Shown here piece after piece: positions 40,818-50,695 of a stretch of DNA of 51,421 nucleotides. The notes beneath the pieces were generated by a model that saw nothing but the letters and a program-made list of their open reading frames with translations, made no database searches and was not told where the DNA came from. Numbering within the stretch: position 1 is the first letter of the stretch; the number at the start of each line of letters is the position of its first letter. The position numbers were made by a program, and so were the translations under genes. Origin of the DNA: Candidatus Magasanikiibacteriota bacterium (lineage in GTDB: Bacteria > Patescibacteriota > Patescibacteriia > Magasanikbacterales > GWA2-37-8). The stretch spans positions 1-51,421 of the forward strand of contig JAHFHX010000007.1 in the NCBI GenBank assembly GCA_023246655.1. Direction: 5' to 3'.

Positions 40818-40982
40818 ATGCCCAGTGACGAACGCCCGCTCCCCCCGTTTGCGATTGGCGACGAGCCAGTCGCCCAGGAACCCCAACCGCCCAAGAAAAA
40901 AGTGGGTGAGACTGAAGCCGAGCGCAATGCTCGTCTTCGCCACCCCGCCGGTGAGGCGGACATGTCGGATTTCCTGGTCTGA
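40818..40982 (+). CDS. GC-rich 54-aa hypothetical protein
   Basis: SD aggag before ATG 40818; followed by long hairpin cctagg...cctagg. Confidence 0.55.
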   Translation: MPSDERPLPPFAIGDEPVAQEPQPPKKKVGETEAERNARLRHPAGEADMSDFLV

Positions 40983-41147
40983 GCTTTGCGCCTAGGGCGC
41001 GCTACCCACGTCCATCACCATGGATGCGGGCGGCGCACCTAGGCCGGCTCGTTGTGAGCAAAATTAGTTTTGCTTATATCAGCTGATGTTCTAGGTAACG
41101 ATGGTGTTGCCTGGAACTAACTGACCATTTTCAGAGGAGACTAGTAA

Positions 41148-42302
41148 ATGGAAACTCGCCGGACGCGGATCGCGGTCGTGGGAGCAGGCCTCAACAGTGC
41201 CCTGCTCGCAACCGCCCTCGTCCGGGCGGGTATCGATGATTTCGTCGTCGTCGATCAATTCCCTTTCCTTAGCCGTTGGTTTAACATAATCCAGCGGCAA
41301 GGGGCAAACTCCATGTGGACGGCCTGGCCGTATCACCTGGAGTGGGGAGTGGACGAAAGTCTGCGGCGTTTTGCGGAAACGCAGGCCGTTGCCGACTTCT
41401 CGGGCAACCCGAGCGTTGCTCTGTTCAACGCTCATGCCCAAGGTGTAATTCAGGAATACCACCTCGAGCAGCACCGCCTGGCTGGGGTGGTAACTAACAT
41501 TGAACGCGGCGCAGGCGGTTGGCAGCTTACCGTGACGGGTGAGCAGCCTGCCTCCATCGAGGCGTCTCGTGTCGTCATCGCGCTCGGCATCGGCGCTCCG
41601 GCCATGCCGCTCAATGGTTGTCCGCCGTCGGCTCTGGTGAGCCATGTTGCCAGCTTGGACCTCAGTGCGCTAAAGGCGCATGACTGGCAAGGTCGCTCGG
41701 TCTTGGTGGTAGGCCGGGGTCCGTCGGCGTTTGTAGCCGCCAAGCGTTTTGCCGAAGCGGCCGCCGCGGTGACCGTGGTTGCCAAAGGCGGCAGCCTCAC
41801 CGCAACGAATGGGGACTGCGCCAGTGCTTGGCAACCACCTGCTGGGCGGCTCTACCAAGAGTTCGCTCGCCTCGGGAGCGCTGAGCGCCGGGAGCGGCTA
41901 CGCTCTGCCTGGATCACCAACACCACCGCCACAGGCGCTGCCTGGAGCGATCTACTCCGCCACTACCCAATCAACCATATCTCTACGGAGGCAGGGTTGA
42001 CTCACTGGTCCACAGCGGGTGGTGTGGTGAGGGTAGACAGCATAGGCAACTGCTTTCACCAAGTGGTGATGGCAACCGGGTACCGGTGGGATGTTGCGGA
42101 GATTGGTTTCCTTCGCAATCTCCTTCCACGCCTTCCCGTCGTAGGTGGGCTCCCCATCCTCAACCAAACCCTTGAGGCCTTACCTGGTCTTCACTTCCTT
42201 GGCGGCTTGTCCGCTTTGGAGCTGGGGCCGGCGGCGCTCGATCTTACCGGGGCTACCTACGGGGTGGGTAGGCTCCGCAACGCACTTCTTTCCCTTGTCT
42301 AG
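41148..42302 (+). CDS. FAD/NAD(P)-dependent oxidoreductase (flavoprotein monooxygenase-like)
   Basis: IAVVGAGLNS, VLVVGRGPSA, MATGY, GLHFLGGLSALELGP; SD gaggag. Confidence 0.8.
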   Translation: METRRTRIAVVGAGLNSALLATALVRAGIDDFVVVDQFPFLSRWFNIIQRQGANSMWTAWPYHLEWGVDESLRRFAETQAVADFSGNPSVALFNAHAQGVIQEYHLEQHRLAGVVTNIERGAGGWQLTVTGEQPASIEASRVVIALGIGAPAMPLNGCPPSALVSHVASLDLSALKAHDWQGRSVLVVGRGPSAFVAAKRFAEAAAAVTVVAKGGSLTATNGDCASAWQPPAGRLYQEFARLGSAERRERLRSAWITNTTATGAAWSDLLRHYPINHISTEAGLTHWSTAGGVVRVDSIGNCFHQVVMATGYRWDVAEIGFLRNLLPRLPVVGGLPILNQTLEALPGLHFLGGLSALELGPAALDLTGATYGVGRLRNALLSLV

Positions 42303-42474
42303 GGAGCACCCTGGTTCTGCACGGTTCTGCCGTAAGGAACTAACTAAGCAACTCAGCGTGAGTCGCTTCTCTCCCTAGACAACCAACAACTCATTATAAT
42401 TCCGGCGGCTTGGAGGCCGTTATTTTTTTACCAATAGTATGATATACTATTGGTAACATAATTACTTTCCTCAT

Positions 42475-43398
42475 GTGTCTTTATCTATTTCCCTGGCACT
42501 CTTGGGTTATCTGCTTTTGGCGGTAGTGTCAATTCTTGATAAGTTTATTGTCACCAATGACCGTATTAAACCAGTGGTGGTGACATTTTACTCCACCGCA
42601 CCGCTGGTGCTGCTTTTTTTATTACTTCCATTTAAAATTCAACCACTGGTGACACCTTGGGATTGGATAATAGCCCTGATAGCCGGAGGGAGTTTTACCG
42701 TTGCCCTCTTAACCATGTATATTGGTTTTGAAAAAACTAAAGTAAGTCATAGTGGCCCACTGGTTGGGGCGGCAATTCCTTTTTTTGTAACATTCCTTGG
42801 AATTTTATTGCTTCACGAACACATTGCAACCGTGCACTATGTTGGCGTTGGTTTACTCATTATCGGGTCGCTTGTTATTTCATTCGTACAAACCCGTCGC
42901 CAGCAGGGGTGGAACATTCAATCGCTCTGGGCTGTTGTCGCCGGTTTTAGTTTTGCTCTTTCCCATGTCGCTTCTAAATACCTTTATGATCGTTACGGCT
43001 TTTATAGTGGTTTTACGTGGAGCAGAGGACTGATGGGAGTGAGTGGTTTAGTTCTGCTGTTAGTTCCAACGGTGCGGGATAGTTTTAGAAAAAAATCAAT
43101 CATGCTCGGCGCTCTGCATCGGCAACACACCTCTGCTCATAAAATAATTATTGTTATTATTGATAAAGTACTTGGCACGGGAGCCGTAATACTGTTACAA
43201 TATGCCATTGCCTTGGGGAGTGTTACCCTTATTAACGCTCTTACTGGTATTCAGTATGCACTCCTTATTATTTTAGTGGCTGCCTTGTCACGATTTTCCC
43301 CCAAACTTTTTCACGAAGAATACGCGCCAGGTGAAATTATACGCGAGGTTATAGCTGTTTTTATTATTGGGGCGGGATTAGTTTTGTTAATTAGGTAA
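42475..43398 (+). CDS. EamA/DMT family transporter
   Basis: About ten TM segments in two repeats. Confidence 0.8.
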   Translation: MSLSISLALLGYLLLAVVSILDKFIVTNDRIKPVVVTFYSTAPLVLLFLLLPFKIQPLVTPWDWIIALIAGGSFTVALLTMYIGFEKTKVSHSGPLVGAAIPFFVTFLGILLLHEHIATVHYVGVGLLIIGSLVISFVQTRRQQGWNIQSLWAVVAGFSFALSHVASKYLYDRYGFYSGFTWSRGLMGVSGLVLLLVPTVRDSFRKKSIMLGALHRQHTSAHKIIIVIIDKVLGTGAVILLQYAIALGSVTLINALTGIQYALLIILVAALSRFSPKLFHEEYAPGEIIREVIAVFIIGAGLVLLIR

Positions 43399-43421
43399 TA
43401 CTTTGCACCTAGCAAAATAGT

Positions 43422-44444
43422 ATGAAATTTTTTAAGGGTACATTTTTTTTAGTTCTGCTTATTATTGTAGGCTTAGGTGGTATTTTTTATTTGAGTCTGT
43501 TATTTATCGATCATTTTTACGCTCGCTCAAATAGCAACGTGGTATATGGCGTGAGTTTTAGTCCGGAGTATGCGCGTTATTTAGAACTTGATTCAAGAAA
43601 AGTTTTTACCACGATTCTTGATGAATGGAAATTCCGATATCTCCGTTTTTCGGCCCAGTGGGATAGTGTGGAACCAACAGCGGGGAAGTTTGATTTCAGC
43701 GAACTCGATTGGCTCATGAACGAAGCAGCTCACCGCCAGGCCAAAGTGATTCTCACCATTGGACAAAAGACACCGCGCTGGCCAGAATGCCATTTACCAA
43801 AGTGGGCACAAGAATTATCAGTTGCTGATTACCGCACGGCGCTGCCGCGCTATCTTGCTACTGTTGTTGAACGCTATAAAAACCACCCCGCCCTCGAAGT
43901 GTGGCAAGTAGAAAACGAGCCCTTCTTACCATTTGGAATTACCTGTCCAAATTTTAACAGCGAATTATTATCTCAAGAATTGACACTGGTTAAGCAGTTG
44001 GATCCGCATCACTCTACACTGGTGACCGATAGTGGTGAACTCAGTACCTGGCGCAAAACCGCTCAAGCGGCTGATCTTTTTGGTACTACCATGTATCGGA
44101 TTGTATGGAATAAATATATTGGGTATTGGAGTTATAATTGGATTCCAGCTCAATTTTATCGCCTTAAATTATGGTTGACCGGGCGGAATCCTCTACAAGC
44201 CTACGTGGTTGAGCTTCAGGGAGAACCGTGGCTTCCCGATAAGCACATTACCGAAATACCATTGGCGGAACAATATAAATCCATGAATGCACAGCAGCTT
44301 GAAAAAAATGTTGCCTATGCACGTATGGTTGGCCTGCCCCGAGCGTATCTATGGGGAGCGGAATGGTGGTATTGGCTTAGAGAGCGGGGAGAACCAGCAT
44401 TAAGTAATTTTATTACGACATTAAATATTACTCAGGCTCATTGA
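43422..44444 (+). CDS. Membrane-anchored clan GH-A glycoside hydrolase
   Basis: WDSVEPTAGKFDF, WQVENEP, ELQGEPW. Confidence 0.8.
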   Translation: MKFFKGTFFLVLLIIVGLGGIFYLSLLFIDHFYARSNSNVVYGVSFSPEYARYLELDSRKVFTTILDEWKFRYLRFSAQWDSVEPTAGKFDFSELDWLMNEAAHRQAKVILTIGQKTPRWPECHLPKWAQELSVADYRTALPRYLATVVERYKNHPALEVWQVENEPFLPFGITCPNFNSELLSQELTLVKQLDPHHSTLVTDSGELSTWRKTAQAADLFGTTMYRIVWNKYIGYWSYNWIPAQFYRLKLWLTGRNPLQAYVVELQGEPWLPDKHITEIPLAEQYKSMNAQQLEKNVAYARMVGLPRAYLWGAEWWYWLRERGEPALSNFITTLNITQAH

Positions 44445-44482
44445 CTTTTTTACCCATTTTTTGTACTATAATAACCACTTCT

Positions 44483-44556
44483 GCACGCCTAGCTCAGTTG
44501 GTTAGAGCACCTCGTTTACACCGAGGGGGTCAGGGGTTCGAATCCCTTGGCGTGCA
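44483..44556 (+). tRNA. tRNA-Val(TAC)
   Basis: Acceptor gcacgcc/ggcgtgc, anticodon arm cctcg-ttTACac-cgagg, ggttcgaatcc; promoter TTGACT-17-TACTAT at 44441-44469. Confidence 0.95.
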
Positions 44557-44573
44557 CTGATATTGGCATACGT

Positions 44574-45746
44574 ATGCAGGATGAGCGACCTGTCGTTCTC
44601 CATAAAGGTATTTATAAACCAACCGCCACCACTGCTGAGGCGGTGTTTATGATTACCGGGATGACTATCGGCGCTGGGATTTTAGGTATTCCCTTTGTGG
44701 TTTCACGGGTAGGAATTCTCATTGGAGTAAGCTATATAATCATTCTGGGTATCGTAATGTTGTTTTTAAATGTAATGATTGGCGAGATTATCGCTCGAAC
44801 AGACGAAAGCCTACAGCTTCCGGGACTGGCAGGTAAATATCTTGGGTCCCACGCGAAACAACTACTTACCATCACTACCACTTTTGGGGCAGTGGGGGCA
44901 CTCCTTGCCTATATTATTGGTGAAGGCAAAGTTTTGGCAACGTTATTTGGCGGCGAACCTGTTAGATGGAGCATTATTTTTTGGTCAATTGGAAGTGCCT
45001 TTATTGTAGCCGGACTTAACCGCATAAAAAAAGCCGAGAAAATTCTAAGCAGCACGGTTATTGTTCTTATTCTTTTATTATCGCTATATCTTTTACCACA
45101 TTTTAAGGCTCCTAACCTTAGTTATGTAGATCTCAGCGCGGTATTTTTGCCCTACGGCGTCATTCTGTTTGCGCTTCATGGGGCGCCGGCGATTGCGGAG
45201 GCCCACGCTTTGCTGCCTCGTGATCCTGGCCGATTTCAGCGAGCGCTTATTATTGGCACACTTATTCCAATTGCTGTGTATGTACTATTTGCTGTTGCCG
45301 TAGCGGGAGCACAAGGATTGCTAACCACCGAAGTAGCCACAGTGGGCTTGGGACAGCGATTTGGTGCTGGTGTTTTAGTAGTGGCTAATATTTTTGCAGT
45401 TTTTGCCATGTGCACCGGGTTCATGGGTTTGGGTACCGCCCTTAAAGAAACATTAGTGTGGGACCACGGTTTGAGTAATTGGTTAGGAACGTTTTTAGTT
45501 ATTTCCGTACCGCTGCTATTATTCCTAGCTGGATTTCATAATTTTGTGAATATTCTAAGTATTGTTGGTGGTCTATTTATTGGTTTGGAAGCTGTGGTGA
45601 TGGTGTTGGTATATTGGCAAGCCCGAGTTACTGGAGTGCTACCACCGTCACGCTATGGTGCACACTATGGGCTTCTCATAAGCGTGCCCGTATTTATTAT
45701 CTTTGGGTTTATTACAATGCATAGTATTTTTAAATTGTTATTTTAA
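44574..45746 (+). CDS. Aromatic amino acid permease family (Trp/Tyr-like)
   Basis: GMTIGAGILGIP, multi-TM, YGVILFA. Confidence 0.85.
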   Translation: MQDERPVVLHKGIYKPTATTAEAVFMITGMTIGAGILGIPFVVSRVGILIGVSYIIILGIVMLFLNVMIGEIIARTDESLQLPGLAGKYLGSHAKQLLTITTTFGAVGALLAYIIGEGKVLATLFGGEPVRWSIIFWSIGSAFIVAGLNRIKKAEKILSSTVIVLILLLSLYLLPHFKAPNLSYVDLSAVFLPYGVILFALHGAPAIAEAHALLPRDPGRFQRALIIGTLIPIAVYVLFAVAVAGAQGLLTTEVATVGLGQRFGAGVLVVANIFAVFAMCTGFMGLGTALKETLVWDHGLSNWLGTFLVISVPLLLFLAGFHNFVNILSIVGGLFIGLEAVVMVLVYWQARVTGVLPPSRYGAHYGLLISVPVFIIFGFITMHSIFKLLF

Positions 45747-45748
45747 TG

Positions 45749-45881
45749 TACGCCGATGGTGTTCGTTGTTGGTCGGGTTTATGAGCCGGTGGTCGATCAA
45801 GCTGGTTACTCATCAACAACGTCCTTCTATCTGAATTTTATCTCGCGAGAAAATTCACTTCTGAACGAGCCACAGCGAGTA
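45749..45881 (+). promoter_or_regulatory. Candidate structured cis-regulatory RNA upstream of metK
   Basis: Nested stems cgttgttg/caacaacg, atgag/ctcat, ccggt/gctgg, tgaattt/aaattca, gttc/gaac. Confidence 0.5.
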
Positions 45882-45923
45882 AAGAAGATCCTTATTCAAA
45901 GTAATTGAAAATTTTTATTTACT

Positions 45924-47081
45924 ATGTCCGACAATTATCTATTCACATCCGAATCAGTCACTGAGGGGCATCCCGATAAAATTTGTGATCAAATTTCCGA
46001 TGCCGTACTTGATAATTTACTAGAGCAAGATCCAACTTCACATGTGGCGGTAGAATGCTTTACCACCACCGGTTTAGTTATTGTGGGTGGTGAAGTAACG
46101 AGTAGGGGGTATGTTGATGTGCAGAAAATTACCCGGAGTGTTTTAAATGATATTGGCTATACTGATCCGGCGTATGGTATTGATGCGGAGCACGCTGGTA
46201 TCCTGGTGTCAATTCATGAACAATCACCCGATATTGCCCAAGGGGTTAATAAAACAACTGTCGAAGAACAAGGAGCAGGGGATCAGGGGCTCATGTTTGG
46301 GTACGCTTGTAATGAAACTCCAGAACTCATGCCGCTGCCTATAATGTTGGCGCATCGGTTAGCAGAGCAATTAGCAATGGTTAGAAAAAGTGGTGAATTA
46401 AGTTATCTGCGCCCTGATGGCAAAACACAGGTAGCCGTTGAATATCAAGGAAATAAACCAGTTCGGCTGCATAATGTGGTGGTGGCTGCGCAGCATCATG
46501 ATACGGTCTCCTTAGAACAGATTCGTCAGGATATTACTCAACATGTTATTGAACCAATCTGTTCTCATTATATGGATGACAAGACACAGTTTTTTATTAA
46601 TATGACCGGTAAATTCGTGGTGGGTGGGCCGCAAGGTGACACGGGGCTTACGGGGCGTAAAATTATTGTAGATACCTATGGCGGTATGGGGCGACATGGC
46701 GGAGGCTGCTTTTCGGGCAAAGACCCCTCCAAGGTGGATCGTTCCGGCGCCTATATGGCTCGCTATGTAGCAAAGCACCTTGTCGCTGCTGGGTTTGCTG
46801 AACGCTGTGAATTGCAAGTGTCGTATGTTATTGGTAGGGCTGAACCCACGAGTATTAATATTAACACCTTTGGCTCTGGTAAATTAACTGATGAAAAATT
46901 AGTGGCAGCGATAAAAAAAGTATTTGATTTTCGTCCGGGAAAAATTATTGAACATTTAGATTTGCTTCGACCGATGTATCGTCCCACCGCCGCTTATGGC
47001 CATTTTGGTCGCGCTGAATTTCCGTGGGAGCATCTCAATAAGGTGGCACAACTTCAAGCAGCGGTTGCGGGAATGGCTTAA
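45924..47081 (+). CDS. metK: S-adenosylmethionine synthetase
   Basis: [46 protein letters not shown]. Confidence 0.98.
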   Translation: MSDNYLFTSESVTEGHPDKICDQISDAVLDNLLEQDPTSHVAVECFTTTGLVIVGGEVTSRGYVDVQKITRSVLNDIGYTDPAYGIDAEHAGILVSIHEQSPDIAQGVNKTTVEEQGAGDQGLMFGYACNETPELMPLPIMLAHRLAEQLAMVRKSGELSYLRPDGKTQVAVEYQGNKPVRLHNVVVAAQHHDTVSLEQIRQDITQHVIEPICSHYMDDKTQFFINMTGKFVVGGPQGDTGLTGRKIIVDTYGGMGRHGGGCFSGKDPSKVDRSGAYMARYVAKHLVAAGFAERCELQVSYVIGRAEPTSININTFGSGKLTDEKLVAAIKKVFDFRPGKIIEHLDLLRPMYRPTAAYGHFGRAEFPWEHLNKVAQLQAAVAGMA

Positions 47082-47131
47082 ATTTATTTCGTGGAGCCAA
47101 TGCATATGTACCTGCAGCGGTTTGTTTTTAT

Positions 47132-48193
47132 ATGAATAACAGATCCTCCAATCCGATACCAACCAAAGAGAGTCGTTGGCAGCGCTTGAAAATTGGGCTC
47201 TTGTTCACACTCGTCGCAGTAATAATTTTTGGTGGCGGAATTGTGCTTGGTCGAAAGTTACCACGCCGATCGCGGTTACGTCTTCAGCAAATTCGCGAAG
47301 GGCAATTTGTACCCGATAAATATATCTTCATTAATCCTTTACTCAGTTGCGAAGTGGCTGGACGCAAAGAGGTGGTGGAATTGGCACCGCTGAAAAGTCA
47401 ACTTTTGGAATTTATTGACGCCAAAGTCCGCGCTGGCGATGTCATGCGTGTTTCGATTTATTTTGATACGCGTGATGGCCGTTGGCTTGGGGTAAACACC
47501 AATGAAAAATATTTTCCGGCCAGTTTAATGAAAGTACCAACGATGATTGCGCTTCTTAAAGTCGCTGAAGAGCATCCCGACATTTTGACTAAAAAAATCA
47601 CCTATCACGGTGATTTTGATTTGAATAGTTTAGAGTATTTTAAACCGGAAAAAACATTACGCGTCGGTGTGCCGTATACCGTAGAAGAACTCATTGAGCG
47701 AATGATTGTGTATTCTGATAATAATGCTCTGCCGCTTCTCCTTACCGCTATTGATAACAAAGAACTGCAAGAAGTATATACTGATCTTGGTATTGTAATT
47801 CCACCTGAGGTGAGTGACAGTCTGGTGGATTATATGACCGTAAAATCGTACGCTAGTTTTTTCCGTGTATTGTATAATGCAACTTATCTTAGTCGGGCAA
47901 TGTCGGAGAAAGCTCTCAAATTGTTAGGTCAGTCGTCCTTTAAAGAAGGGCTCGTGGCCGGGTTGCCGTCGTACATTACGGTAGCAAAAAAATTTGGGGA
48001 GCGTAATTTTAGTTCTCCACCCAATGATCGCACCAGCCAAAAAGAACTGCATGATTGTGGTGTAGTTTATTTTCCCAGTCATCCCTATCTTTTGTGTATT
48101 ATGACGAAAGGAAAAGATTTTGAGCGCTTAGCGAAAACCATTAAAGAAATTTCTCGGATGGTATACGAATTTCAGAATCGACAATTTAAATAA
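47132..48193 (+). CDS. Membrane-anchored serine hydrolase, class A beta-lactamase-like/PBP fold
   Basis: ASLMK (SxxK), SDN, KFG, HDCGVVY. Confidence 0.85.
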   Translation: MNNRSSNPIPTKESRWQRLKIGLLFTLVAVIIFGGGIVLGRKLPRRSRLRLQQIREGQFVPDKYIFINPLLSCEVAGRKEVVELAPLKSQLLEFIDAKVRAGDVMRVSIYFDTRDGRWLGVNTNEKYFPASLMKVPTMIALLKVAEEHPDILTKKITYHGDFDLNSLEYFKPEKTLRVGVPYTVEELIERMIVYSDNNALPLLLTAIDNKELQEVYTDLGIVIPPEVSDSLVDYMTVKSYASFFRVLYNATYLSRAMSEKALKLLGQSSFKEGLVAGLPSYITVAKKFGERNFSSPPNDRTSQKELHDCGVVYFPSHPYLLCIMTKGKDFERLAKTIKEISRMVYEFQNRQFK

Positions 48194-48199
48194 AACTCT

Positions 48200-49942
48200 T
48201 CAGGGGCTGACTCGTGCGGCGGCGTGCACTCCCCGATCGTCCGCCGGAAGAACATTGGTAAGTCCTGGTGAGGAAATATTAAATTCTTTGCCAACAACTG
48301 CATCAGTTGCTTTGAGTGTTACCGGACCAGTGAGGGAAAGTGGTTTGCCGAGCTGCTCAGGGGACGGTGTCACCGCCACTTCAAAATACCAACCAGTTTG
48401 GCTCGCCGCTGGAATGTCTCGAAAATTCCAGCTCATAGTTTGGGAATCAGAATTGAGTCGTAATTCTGGTCCAAGTGTGACACTCTGTTTACCGGTAAAC
48501 TTAACACCAGGCACGAGCGTAGTTGTTAAGGCAATATCACGGAGTGGATTGACGCCATTAGTAGCTTGAAGAAAAATCCAATATTTAGTAGTTTCACCAA
48601 CTCGTGGTGGCAATGGTCCGCGGCCGAGTTGGTCTCCTTCATTCGTATAATAGCGGGTTTCGGTTCGTAGGGTAACTTGAGTTGCGAGCGGTAGTTTAAT
48701 TGATTCCGCAGCTTGTCGAAAGGGTTGCCCAGGAACTGCGGAGGTAATAGCTTCCCACAGTGGGTTGATGGTAAGAATATTGTTATGTGGATCATGAAGG
48801 GCAAAAGTTTTGGCCGTCTTGAGTAAAACAGTAAAAGTGTCGGTGCTACCAGGGAGCGGAGCTGCCAGTAGAGTACGATTTTGTTCATCAATAACTAATT
48901 CATCATCAATTACGCGGAGATGATGAGCACGAGCGGTGGCCGAGAGATCAACAATTCCAGCTGGAGAAAATGTAAGACGTAGATGCGCTTTTTCAAAGGG
49001 AAAAGCGCTTTTGTTTTCCCAATGAATTTCTATAGGTAAATCTTCTCCCGCTTCGGCATAGTGCAGTGTTGGTGGAATTTGTGCATAAAATATGAGCCTA
49101 GGTTCAATCAATCGCACGGATGTCTTGAGTGGAGTAAGTGAAATGGTATTTTGTTGAATTGTTATTTGTGGTACGGTCTCAAGTACAAAATTGGAGGCAT
49201 GGGTGGCTGGGAAAGTAATTTCTCCTCGAATTTGTTTTGTTTCTTGTGGAGCTAGGGAAAGATTTTGCAAAGCAGCTTTGTCCAAAGAAGTGCCACGCCA
49301 ATTATGGTTAATAGAAATTCCAGTAACTGGGTACGTTCCGTTGTTAGAAATAGTAAAAAGATAGGGGAGTGGTTGATTAGGAAAAGAAGTAGTTGCTACA
49401 TCCAGTGTGGCAGTAATAATACTTTCGGGTAAGCGAATAATAAAGGAAGCAAATTTTTGTTCCGGAACACTACGATTCTGAGTAAGGTACGAGAGGACGC
49501 CGATAATTTTTTCTTCGGTATTTGGTGTGGTCCAGAGCCAGCCCGTAATTTCACTGTGGCCACTCGCGCCAGGCGCTAGCGCAGGAATAATCAAAGTAGC
49601 TTCTTCAGATAGTGTAGTTGTAGGGGTACGTGAACGGTCAATAATGAATCCAGGGGGTAAATGGAGTGCCAAAGAAGCATTATGGAGATTAAATTTACTG
49701 TGGTTAGTAAAATTAATGTTCAGGTGCACCAAATCTCCGCTTTTAAGACGAGCAGTGCCAACAGATAGTGTAAGTTCAATAAGGTTACTTATGCCTGGTT
49801 TCCAGAAAAAAAACCAGAGGCTTGTACCAAGCATTCCAATAGCCAAGCCGAGGAGAATGATATCGAAAATAAATAATTGTTGAGCGTGTTGGTAGATACC
49901 ATGATAGCGACGATGGTAGAGATGGTGAAAAAATTTAATCAC
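48200..49942 (-). CDS. Membrane-anchored hypothetical protein with Ig-like/DUF11-like domains
   Basis: N-terminal TM, beta-rich repeats, GPLPPRVGETTKYWI. Confidence 0.75.
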   Translation of the reverse strand: MIKFFHHLYHRRYHGIYQHAQQLFIFDIILLGLAIGMLGTSLWFFFWKPGISNLIELTLSVGTARLKSGDLVHLNINFTNHSKFNLHNASLALHLPPGFIIDRSRTPTTTLSEEATLIIPALAPGASGHSEITGWLWTTPNTEEKIIGVLSYLTQNRSVPEQKFASFIIRLPESIITATLDVATTSFPNQPLPYLFTISNNGTYPVTGISINHNWRGTSLDKAALQNLSLAPQETKQIRGEITFPATHASNFVLETVPQITIQQNTISLTPLKTSVRLIEPRLIFYAQIPPTLHYAEAGEDLPIEIHWENKSAFPFEKAHLRLTFSPAGIVDLSATARAHHLRVIDDELVIDEQNRTLLAAPLPGSTDTFTVLLKTAKTFALHDPHNNILTINPLWEAITSAVPGQPFRQAAESIKLPLATQVTLRTETRYYTNEGDQLGRGPLPPRVGETTKYWIFLQATNGVNPLRDIALTTTLVPGVKFTGKQSVTLGPELRLNSDSQTMSWNFRDIPAASQTGWYFEVAVTPSPEQLGKPLSLTGPVTLKATDAVVGKEFNISSPGLTNVLPADDRGVHAAARVSP

Positions 49943-50050
49943 ATTAAGTTATTTTAATCTAAGCCTCACAGTATAATAATTTCCTACTAGTTCAATTATT
50001 AATATTATAACGATTTATTTTTATTATTGTCAAACAAAAAACTCCCCACT

Positions 50051-50383
50051 TTAGGGAGTTGATGGTGATTCTTGAATTTTGTTGTCCGTAGCAGGTTTGA
50101 CAGATTTTGGATTTGGAGAAAAGAGTGGGTTTTTAATTTTCCATTTATCCACAAATCGCCCAATACCTTGTTTGGCCAGTTTGTTGCGGATAGTTGTGTG
50201 CCGTTGAGACCATTTAACCAAGCTTTCAAAATTTAGCTTATATCTTGCTCCTACTACTACGTAGGTGACTTCCTGGGCACGGATCGCCCGGCGAATTGTT
50301 TGACCATTGACACCAAATAATCGAGCGGCTTCAGAAACAGAGACACGAATTATTTCATTTTTTTCTGTTGTTAGTTTTTCCAT
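50051..50383 (-). CDS. Excisionase/MerR-like HTH DNA-binding protein
   Basis: VSVSEAARLFGVNGQTIRRAI. Confidence 0.8.
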   Translation of the reverse strand: MEKLTTEKNEIIRVSVSEAARLFGVNGQTIRRAIRAQEVTYVVVGARYKLNFESLVKWSQRHTTIRNKLAKQGIGRFVDKWKIKNPLFSPNPKSVKPATDNKIQESPSTP

Positions 50384-50662
50384 ATGAATTGTCTAAGCTA
50401 GTATATACAAAATATAGTATATAATAGCTAAACTGTCAAGTATTTAAAATTTTATCTTTAATTATTGTATATACAAATGTATACAAAATATATTTATCAA
50501 TATAAAATTTGTATAGACTAATCTATACAAATTTAGAATTAATACTGTCATTCCGATTGCATCAAATAATTTACTGCTAGGTAGGTTGAAATAATACCTC
50601 ATATAAAATGGTTGACCAAGGTTACTATTTTTGTTATCCTAGGAGCAATTGATATAGGGAAG

Positions 50663-50688
50663 TGTAACACCTTTATTTTTTTTACGTC
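50663..50688 (+). promoter_or_regulatory. Putative autoregulatory ECF promoter
   Basis: TGTAAC-16-CGTC immediately before the sigma ATG. Confidence 0.6.
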
Positions 50689-50695
50689 TTCTATA

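Noticed and set aside
47132-48193. Beta-lactam resistance gene
   Set aside because: No recognisable E166 omega-loop motif and membrane anchored; more likely a cell-wall peptidase-like protein
50051-50383. Prophage excisionase
   Set aside because: No integrase, att site or phage genes nearby
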